A program made the translations under genes and the position numbers. From Octopus sinensis (Eukaryota), in contig NW_021828725.1 in the NCBI RefSeq assembly GCF_006345805.1, positions 1 through 7,839 of the forward strand: a stretch of DNA of 7,839 nt, in the 5' to 3' direction. Positions within the stretch are counted from its first letter, which is position 1, and each line of letters opens with the position of its first letter. This document shows, one piece after another, positions 1 to 7,681 of this stretch. Below the pieces are notes generated by a model. It was given only the letters and a program-made list of their open reading frames with translations. It did no database searches and was not told where the DNA came from.

Positions 1-396
1 AATAGGGATCGTTATCACAGAAATGTCAATTAAAAGTGTAAAGGGAGGACGGTGAGGTTTACTCGTGGAAAGAAAAGCCTACGGAAAGACCACCACCGTA
101 ACCTCGGTCAATGAAGTCACATGTATATTTTTGTTTACAAATAAGCAACTCTCTGTATTAATTTTTACGGTTCATAGGATCATAGTCAAGGTGGCTTCGT
201 CATTCATACGTGCCATCCTTGCTACATTCACCCATCTTTTTTTAAAACATTCACTAGACAAAACTTGCCTCTCTACTCTCACTTTCCTCTTCAACTGATA
301 CTTGAAGAAGTTGATGAGAGATTGACCAGAGAGGAAAGTGTTTGTCTCCAATCCTTTCAGTCGCGTCCCCCAGATACATTCTTTCGCCATAGCCAC
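1..396 (-). mobile_element. 5'-truncated L1/Tx1-clade non-LTR retrotransposon: ORF2 C-terminus (396->172) plus probable 3' UTR (171->1, continuing past the window edge)
   Basis: Minus-strand translation VAMAKECIWGTRLKG...LINFFKYQLKRKVRVERQVLSSECFKKRWVNVARMARMNDEATLTMIL* has the AKxxIWxxR...FxxxLxxxxRxE...FxxRW pattern I recognise from Tx1/L1 ORF2 C-termini. Stop TGA at 174-172. The ORF-track N-terminal extension (397-513) is only microsatellite. Confidence 0.7.
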
Positions 397-461
<65 letters not shown>

Positions 462-519
462 CATACATACATACATATATAACATACATACATACATACA
501 TACATACATACATTCATAC
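397..519. repeat. Compound microsatellite: (AGAT)16 followed by imperfect (ACAT)n
   Basis: Perfect AGAT units 397-460, then ACAT units with interruptions to about 519. Confidence 0.97.
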
Positions 520-863
520 AGACACACATTAGCGCACGTGTTGTGGTACTATTTGTTATTTTTGATTTGTGTTTTGTTTCTTTTTTTAATATGATGCTAC
601 GACCCAAATTCATAATGTATTTTAATTTCAATTTTAATTAACTCTTAATTGCTTCTCTTACAAATTGGCATGTCTTTTCCTAGAATAATTCTGTCTTATT
701 CATTTACTTCCGTCTGAAAGCTAACAATTCTGAACTGATTTGTTTCACGTCTTTACCAATAAATTATTTAAATCACTAACGCGATGTCTATATTTAATTT
801 GTTTACATTTATATTTTGAATTTTGTTCGTGTATTTATTGAATTTCTCTCCGTGCATATGAAT

Positions 864-901
<38 letters not shown>

Positions 902-1122
902 CTGTGAGTGTATGTGCTTACCGGTTTGCTCTGAATTTGTACACATGTATATATATAAGTAAGTATATATATACGTATATACATGTATATATATGTAAGT
1001 ATATATACACGTGTGTATATATATACACGTATGCATATATATACGTATGCATATATATATACACGTGTGTGTGTATGCATGTGAACGTGTGTGCATGTGT
1101 TTGTGTGCGCATGCATGTGCTT

Positions 1123-1155
<33 letters not shown>
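864..1155. repeat. Compound alternating purine-pyrimidine tract: (TG)n, TA/CA/CG mixture, (CA)n
   Basis: (TG)n at about 864-900, TATA/CACGTG/TGCA-rich middle, (CA)n at about 1124-1155. Source of the overlapping CVCV/HTHT/YIYI ORFs. Confidence 0.95.
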
Positions 1156-1156
<1 letters not shown>

Positions 1157-1218
1157 CAATATATGTGTGTTGCATTTCATAACAAAATGGATTTTTCTTC
1201 TTGAATAAACCTATATAA

Positions 1219-1410
1219 GGTGGTGAGCAGGCAGAAATTTTAGCACACTGGGAAAATACCAGCGTTTCGTCCGTCTTTGCATTCTGAGTTCAAATTCCTT
1301 TCGGAGTGGATAAAATAAGTACCAGTCGATCACCTGAGTCGATGTAATCGACTTAGCCACTCCCCTGAAATTTGTGCTCTTATGCCAAAATTTGAAACAA
1401 TAAATAATAA
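1219..1410 (+). mobile_element. tRNA-derived SINE (octopus-type), near full length with a probable internal deletion
   Basis: Starts GGTGGTGAGCAGGCAGAAATTTTAGC (A-box-like); B box GTTCAAATTCC at 1288-1298; central CCTTTCGGAGTGGATAAAATAAGTACCAG; hairpin AGTCGAT-GTA-ATCGACT at 1337-1353; A/TAA-rich tail at about 1395-1410. Family assignment is from memory of cephalopod SINE consensus. Confidence 0.85.
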
Positions 1411-1861
1411 ATATATATGTATATGTAAAAAAATACAAACTGGGACAAGAACGCAAAACATTTAGAAGACGATACAAAAAACACAAGAACTCGCAATTTC
1501 TCGGTCCTCGCAATTTCGGCTGATTATACATATATATATATATAGCAACGCCCGTACCCTTTTGGTCTTATATGTAAATAATAAATATATATCTATACAT
1601 ATAAATTTGACACGGGCGATTCTTTCTTGTCTTGGGATTCACGGTCACACGGCTGGGTGATCCGGTGGTATTGCTGGGCTTTGTATTTTTTTCATAGCAC
1701 CCACGGTTACCTAGATAATCTACTATAATAATACTCTTGTGTTTATGAATAAGAAAGGAAGGGATGATAGAGGAATAAGGAAGGAAGGGGTGATGCCATA
1801 CTTGGAAGTGGGATGATGAAAATAGTACGCTGAAAACATAAATCAAACAGCATTTCAACTT

Positions 1862-1953
1862 TGTGTGAATATATGTGTGTATGTAAAATAGGGTATGCGA
1901 ATGTGTGTGTGTGTTTGTGTGTGTGTGCTTGTGTGTGCGTGCGTGTGCACACG
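1862..1953. repeat. Imperfect (TG)n microsatellite
   Basis: TG/CG dinucleotide run, purest at 1902-1948. Confidence 0.9.
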
Positions 1954-2244
1954 CAATGGAAGTGGGATTTTTTGTGAAGTCTTTCTCTGTAGTGTTTCAG
2001 TTATTTTTTTCGGGTTTCAGATTGGATTTTTCTTTTGGTTTTTAAATTTTGTGTAATATTTCATATTGTGGTTGAGATATTTAATGTTTTTCAGTTATTA
2101 TTTTTTGTTGTTTTTTTACACTTGAAAATTTAAAAGATTTTTACCTATTCTTTTTATTTCTCTTCATTTTTGTTTTATTTTTTATGTCTGTTTCTGTTGT
2201 CTTATCCAGCGAGCTGTTTGTATTTTATTATGAAATTGGTAAGA

Positions 2245-2245
2245 T

Positions 2246-2277
<32 letters not shown>

Positions 2278-2289
2278 GTGTGTGTGTTG

Positions 2290-2325
<36 letters not shown>

Positions 2326-2520
2326 GTATATATATATATATATGTATGTATATATATATTTGTATATATATATGTATAATATACATATGTATATATATAT
2401 ATATACGTACATATATATATACATATATATATACATATATACATACATATATATATATACATATATATATGTATATATATATATATATATTTGCATATAT
2501 ATATATATATATACATATAT
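2245..2520. repeat. (CA)n followed by a long imperfect (TA)n microsatellite
   Basis: Visible directly; gives rise to the YIYI ORFs at 2184-2606. Confidence 0.97.
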
Positions 2521-2597
2521 GGAAAATCAGTGTGTGTTTGTTTGTGGCGTTGTTAGCTAACTCCTCCTACATAGTTTTATTGATTTTGATGAAACTT

Positions 2598-2973
2598 GAC
2601 ACGTGAGTAGGACTCATGTCTGGAAACCTCGTGAGATACGTAGATTGTTGGAAAAATCGATAATAGGCCCCTAGAAGGGACCTTTATATCTTCCTCATAT
2701 AACTAATCTTTTTTAAACACTCAATTGAAATAACCCTTTTCATTGTTTATGCTCAATTACTTTGAATATTGATTTTTTTGTGTGTCCTATTTCTAATTTT
2801 TGCAGACAATATCACTTTTATACTTTATGGGACACGTGAGTAGAACTCGTGTCTGGAAACATCGTGACATACTTAGATTGTTGAAAAAATCGATAATAGG
2901 GGCCTTCCAATGGATCCTTCTATATACTACATATTACTAATATTTTATTTAAACAATCCATGGGTAATAACCC
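2598..2973 (+). repeat. Diverged direct duplication (~140 bp; copies 2598-2736 and 2831-2973, offset 233 bp)
   Basis: The first 70 nt of the copies align without gaps with 6 mismatches by hand count. Similarity continues more weakly to TAACCC. Confidence 0.92.
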
Positions 2974-3393
2974 ATACCACCTGCAGATTTTAGCGAAACG
3001 ATCAATATTTAATTCTCACGATCAGCCGACTTAATTCTGCATTTCACTACTCACAGCTTTGAACTGCTAAACATTATCATTGTACTTCCTTAATTAGAAT
3101 CTTAAACCTTAAAGAATTCATTTATACATTTCTATACATACATAATTTATTGAATGCCCATTACTCCGATAATTCTGCATTTTTACGGTAACACTTTTTC
3201 CATGACAGTAGATAAATTTTTTATTCCACAACGTATTTGTAGTGGCTCCATGCAGGCATAGCGTGGATTCCATTGCCAAATTTCACTTAACGCTTCAATA
3301 CCGCTTTGCTCACGGTAAAACAATTGTTTTTCTGTGAATGACAGTAGTTATACATTTCCCAGATGCCTTCGCTACGCAGAATAATGTCTTTGC

Positions 3394-3485
3394 CTCTCGC
3401 CAACTTCCGACAACCTCTCTCACCAATCTCCGACAACCTTTCTCATCAACCTCCGAAAACCTCTCTCGCCAACCTGCAGCAATCT
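3394..3485 (+). repeat. Minisatellite, 4 x 23 bp (consensus CTCTCGCCAACCTCCGACAACCT)
   Basis: Units 3394-3416, 3417-3439, 3440-3462 and 3463-3485, contiguous with no spacers. Confidence 0.92.
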
Positions 3486-3644
3486 CTTCCTGCTACATTT
3501 GACAATATTTTGTACTTTTTCGTGACATAAAATACACCTTTTGTGGAAGTTATAACGAAATTGCTCTCTTTTATCAGAGAAATTGGGCGTTTCAATAGAA
3601 CATCTTTACCCCGGGAATTACCGGGTATACCAGCTAGTATATAT

Positions 3645-3836
3645 AGATCCCGCTATCACATTAAACTTCGATTCATCGCTAAAATGAACTTGCGACCACT
3701 GTTCTTCTGTCCAAACGGTATGTTCCTGAGCGAAACGAAGGCGGGCTCTTTGATTCTTCTTGGAGATCAGAGGTTTCTTTGCCGATGCCCGAGCAAGCAA
3801 CCCAGAATCTCGTAACCTCCGAGAAACTGTTTTTCT
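3645..3836 (-). mobile_element. Tc1/mariner (Tc1-like) transposase fragment: end of second HTH, linker and first catalytic Asp motif
   Basis: RKTVSRRLRDSGLLARASAKKPLISKKNQRARLRFAQEHTVWTEEQWSQVHFSDESKFNVIAGS matches the Tc1 motifs KKPL, RLxFA and WxxVxFSDESKF. The rest of the DD34E domain and the TIRs are absent. Confidence 0.92.
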
Positions 3837-4355
3837 TTCTATCGGTTTTCTTATCTGCAATCCACTCTTTGTGAACTCTGTACATTTCTTGAAGCTGTTC
3901 AGGTATAGCCTCATCGTTTTCACCAACCAACCTTGGTTTTTACAACATGAAATTCCAAGAACTCTGGATAACTTATAAATAATATCCGTAAGTTGTCCCC
4001 ATTACTCTTCTACACTTTCTTTTTTTCTAACATTATGTAACTTTCCATCGAGTGTTGGAACGAGAATATCCTTGTTATCTATGTTGGTCCCGCTGTTATC
4101 TTACTACAAATCATATCATGGTCAGACCAGCTTTCCGCCTTATGAAAAGAACAGGTTAACGTCACTTCTATCTCGGCTTCGAACAACCACGTAGTCAGTC
4201 AAGTGACCATAACCTGATCTAGGATGATACCCAATTATTTTGTTTTTAATGGACTGTTGACAAAGTGTATTAGTAACAGAAAGTTTATATTCACTACACA
4301 AGGATAGAAGCAGGAGTTCAGTCGAGTTCATTTTGCCAAGACCATGTTTACCAAG
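3823..4355 (-). mobile_element. Decayed RTE-clade LINE fragment: C-terminal half of the APE endonuclease plus EN-RT linker
   Basis: LGKHGLGKMNS.ELLLLSLCSEYKLSVTNTL...HPRSGYGHLTDYVVVRSRDRSDV; frameshift to AESWSDHDMICSKI (WSDH at 4129-4118); then SVEE*WGQLTDIIYKLSRVLGISCCKNQGW (stop at 4004-4002); frameshift to ENDEAIPEQLQEMYRVHKEWIADKK, which resembles the RTE motif KHQDWFDEND. Confidence 0.88.
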
Positions 4356-5393
4356 AAAGATAATCTGATCAAACATGACCACGAAAATCTGAAAGAAAAA
4401 TTTTCTCTTGATTGGGAATTCGGTTCAATAATATTTGTAAATCGGAATGAAAATTAACTTTAGAGACATCTGGAGTACCAAGTTTTGCTGCGTATGCACT
4501 TACTAGTGTAGCATATTTTCCAAGGCCAATCGAGATTCGCAATAACATAAGACGATAGTTAATATTTCATTTGGTGAGTATTCTATTTTAAGTACAATAT
4601 CATTACTTATAGCGAAGCCCACACCAAATTCCCTTTTTTTCTACCTCATATTTGCCAATCCAGAAGAAAGTGTACTCTCCAGCTACTTTATTCAGCTGAC
4701 CATAATCTGGTAGTCTTTTCTCCGAAAGGGCAGAAATGCAAATTAATTTTTACTTCTCAAGAACTGAGCCATGAGTGTTGTTTTACGCTCAGGATGCTTC
4801 TTGTCGTCCTGGTCCTGGAGTGTGCTTAAGGGCCAAGCTCTATACGCATATCTCTCTCTCTCTATCCTTTTTACTTTCTCTTCTCATATTTTTTCGACTG
4901 CTTGCTTGTAAGTCCAGTCATTCGCAGTATAATGACAGGATTGCATGAGCAGGAAATGTTTAGGACACCTTTTGTTTTCCTCTCCTCACACAAGGGAAAG
5001 CAATGCCATCTTAAAAGGGCTACTTCGTAGTTAAGAAGAGGACACGAACTGTGAAATTGGTCACATAAGTTTCACGTTCACAGAGCAGCCATCTACTTCT
5101 TACCACCATATGTGCAAAGCTTAAGCTAGAGACCTCCTATGTCTTCCTCCGCCTGTTTCCATTGTTATCACTTGATTGCCACAGGTGTTGATTTATCCTC
5201 ATGTTGTCGCTAACCTGCAGAATGAGTTTGTTAAAAGGGGAATCTTCGTGTACTCGACAAAGCCCACTCTCTCCACCTAGAAAGAATGACATGTATTGAT
5301 GCATAGTGTGCCACTTGTCAGATGCAGACCGGGTCGCACATCAGATAGAAATGGTACAGATTAATCTACCAATGGATAGAGGGTTGGTGTCTC

Positions 5394-5576
5394 AACACAT
5401 ACACAAACGCACATATACATTTACAAAGAACATAAAATATAAAAATACATAAAAAGGAACATAAAAAATAATAAATCTAAAAATATATATATACATATAC
5501 ATATATTTAAAAATATAAAAATATGAAATAAAATATAAAAGTATAAATAAATAAAAAATATATACATACGTACACA
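5394..5576. repeat. A-rich low-complexity and degenerate (TA)/(CA) tract
   Basis: Almost G-free AAAATAT/ACAT motifs. Confidence 0.85.
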
Positions 5577-5625
5577 TTGTTAAATGGCCGTTGACTACTC
5601 ATGAATTCCTCCACCCTTTGTCTGT

Positions 5626-5687
5626 TATAATCTTCGTCACTTAGTATAATCTTAGTATAATCACTTAGTATAATCTTCGTCACTTAG
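5626..5687 (+). repeat. Short tandem array of 19/11/13/19-bp variants of TATAATCTTCGTCACTTAG
   Basis: Units 5626-5644, 5645-5655, 5656-5668 and 5669-5687. The outer copies are identical. Confidence 0.93.
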
Positions 5688-5785
5688 TAAGCTCGATGGG
5701 GTTGCCAATTTTAGTCGCGGACGACCTGACCATACAACAGGTTGTACTGGGTTACATGTTACCAGTAGCACTTAAAAGTGACCTG

Positions 5786-5800
5786 ACACACTCACACACA

Positions 5801-5842
<42 letters not shown>

Positions 5843-5858
5843 TACGTACATATATATA
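5786..5858. repeat. (CA)n/(TG)n microsatellite with a short TA run
   Basis: Visible directly. Confidence 0.93.
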
Positions 5859-6302
5859 AAGCGACATGGCTGTATAGAATTAATCCAATGCGTTTCTTTG
5901 AACACATGGGCCAAGAATTGCACTGAAAAACATACTTAAAATCTGAAAGCTGATGACAGCGTAAAACAGTCAGTAAAATGAGATTTTTCTTCCTCTTGTA
6001 AAACTTAGTTAAAACATGCACTAAAATTTATTCAGTAAAACTTTTAGAAGAAAGCTTTTCAGTAAAATGTTATTTTCGTTTTATGTGTGTGCGTGTATGT
6101 GTTCGCATGTGTGCGTGTGTTATACTCATATAGACTAATAGATTTTCAAAGAAGCTTTCATACAAAACATTTTTTTAATGTGAAAGCGTAACATGGTGTG
6201 TTTATTTTCATATATATTTATATTCAGATATAGAGAGATATAGAAATAGATATATGATGGGAAAGATCCTACGTTGAAAGATAAAATTTCAAAAATAATA
6301 TA

Positions 6303-6848
6303 CGTGTGTGTTTGTGGTTTTATGTGTATGTGTGGGTGTGGGTGTGTGGGTGTGTCTATGCATGAGCAATGTGTGCCTATGCGTGAATGTGTGTGTGTCT
6401 GTCTGTCTCTGCGTATGTATTTGTTTGTGTGTGTGTGTATTTGTTTGTTTATTTGTGTATGTGTGTGCGTGTGTATTTGTTTGTTTGTTTGTGTATGTGT
6501 GTGTGTCTATGCATGAACATGTGTGTGTCTATGCGTGAATGTGTGTGTCTGTCTGTCTGTCTCTGTGTATGTATTTGTTTGTCTGTCTGTGTGTATTTGT
6601 TTGTTTATTTGTGCATGTGTGTGCGTGTGTCTATGCATGAACATGCGTGTTTCTATGCGTGAAGGTGTGTGTGTGTCTATGCATGAACATGTGTGTGTCT
6701 ATGCGTGAATGTGTGTGTCTCTCTCTGTCTCTGTGTATGTATTTGTTTGTCTGTGTGTGTGTATTTGCTTGTTTATTTGTGTATGTGTGTGTGTGTAAAT
6801 TATTTCCTCCTGCTCACTGTGTGTGTGTGTGTGTGCCTGTATATATGT
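6303..6848. repeat. TG-rich compound repeat with higher-order units beginning GTCTATGCATGA
   Basis: Unit starts at 6354, 6505, 6629 and 6675. Shared sub-motifs are CTATGCGTGAA, GTCTGTCTCTG and GTATTTGTTTGT. Confidence 0.9.
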
Positions 6849-7635
6849 ACGTCTGAATACTTTCTCTCTTCTACTTATCTTAAGAATATCCGTCATTTTC
6901 TCCTAGATCTACGTTTATATTCATTACCTTATCTTCTTTAAATTTGCAAACTATGAATAAATTCATTTATCGTCAGCCATACTAAGTCTCCTTTTAATAC
7001 AGCCGCTCCGACTAAATAGACAATGTTATATTTGAATTTTAAGTTTAAACAGCTTTTATCCGTTTTTCTCACAAAAATCACACCTCATTTCTTTAATAAT
7101 TCTTAGTCTATAATTTTGTTTGCTTCTGTCTGCATACTACGCAATTCTAAACTTATTTGTTTTGCGTCGTTCTAATTAATTACTCTCGTTGAAATTTCTT
7201 TGTTTTTATATCAATTTACATACGATTACGTTTGAATATTTGTCTTTGAATAAGTATTGTTTCTGTTCGCATATATTCCTCTACAGTTTGAGGTTTATAA
7301 TTGTTTTTTGTTTCTGTCTGAATATGTATTTGTGCGTGTTTATGCATACATATAGACTTCGATTTGTAAATGTGTATGTTTGTATTCTATAAAATATTTG
7401 TAAAAATGTGTGTGCGTGTGTACGTGTAATTTTTATATTTGTGTTCTTGTACAGAAAGTGGTATATGTACGTTTACAGGTAGCTGTCAAATGGTAGTTTG
7501 TGTACAAGAATAACCGATCTCCGTACAAGGAATGGTGCGCAACAAGACATGACATGTCTTGTCTATGGTGATGTGTATGAGATAAAATTTTCATCAACTA
7601 ACTTAAGGAAGACCATACCTTCTTTACCGCATGCT

Positions 7636-7648
7636 CACACACATGTCT

Positions 7649-7681
<33 letters not shown>

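Larger units (their letters stand above)
2515..3637 (+). mobile_element. Non-autonomous Helitron (~1.1 kb); 5' boundary uncertain within the (TA)n tract
   Basis: 3' end: GC-rich hairpin CCCGG-GAATTA-CCGGG (3610-3625), then CTAG (3634-3637) followed by T. The 5' region TATATGGAAAATCAGTGTGTGTTTGTTTGT...TAACTCCTCC...GATTTTGATGAAACTTGACAC resembles the 5' motif of invertebrate non-autonomous Helitrons. TA runs lie on both flanks. The canonical 5' TC is not identifiable and no RepHel coding sequence is seen. Confidence 0.75.

Noticed and set aside
809-1208. Overlapping ORFs rich in CVCV/HTHT/YIYI
   Set aside because: Translations of dinucleotide microsatellites; overlapping frames on both strands with no protein-like complexity.
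1219-1300. tRNA gene
   Set aside because: A and B boxes are present but there is no cloverleaf, and the sequence continues into SINE body and tail.
2170-2606. YIYI ORFs up to 140 aa
   Set aside because: (TA)n artefacts. Only the 29-nt splice-flanked segment is retained as a candidate.
3394-3485. 23-bp repeats as a CRISPR array
   Set aside because: Units are contiguous with no unique spacers, there are no cas genes, and the context is eukaryotic.
3543-3978. Plus-strand ORFs 3543-3815 and 3760-3978
   Set aside because: Antisense to the Tc1/RTE fragments, with no recognisable motifs.
4525-4579. Possible 49-nt exon before TTG|GTGAGT
   Set aside because: Short polypyrimidine tract and stops in all three frames. 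It cannot be an internal coding exon, and nothing supports a non-coding one.
5626-5687. Four TATAAT hexamers as bacterial -10 boxes
   Set aside because: By-product of a local tandem duplication in eukaryotic DNA.
5696-5926. 76-aa ATG ORF (MGLPILVADD...)
   Set aside because: Runs through a CA/TG microsatellite and has no recognisable domain.
5950-5975. CTGATGA as a hammerhead ribozyme core
   Set aside because: Followed by TAAAAC rather than GAAA, and no stem I/III pairing. The minus-strand CTGACGA near 6970-6976 also lacks GAAA.
6274-6941. Cys/Val-rich ORFs resembling metallothionein- or keratin-associated proteins
   Set aside because: Produced by TG repeats in all frames.
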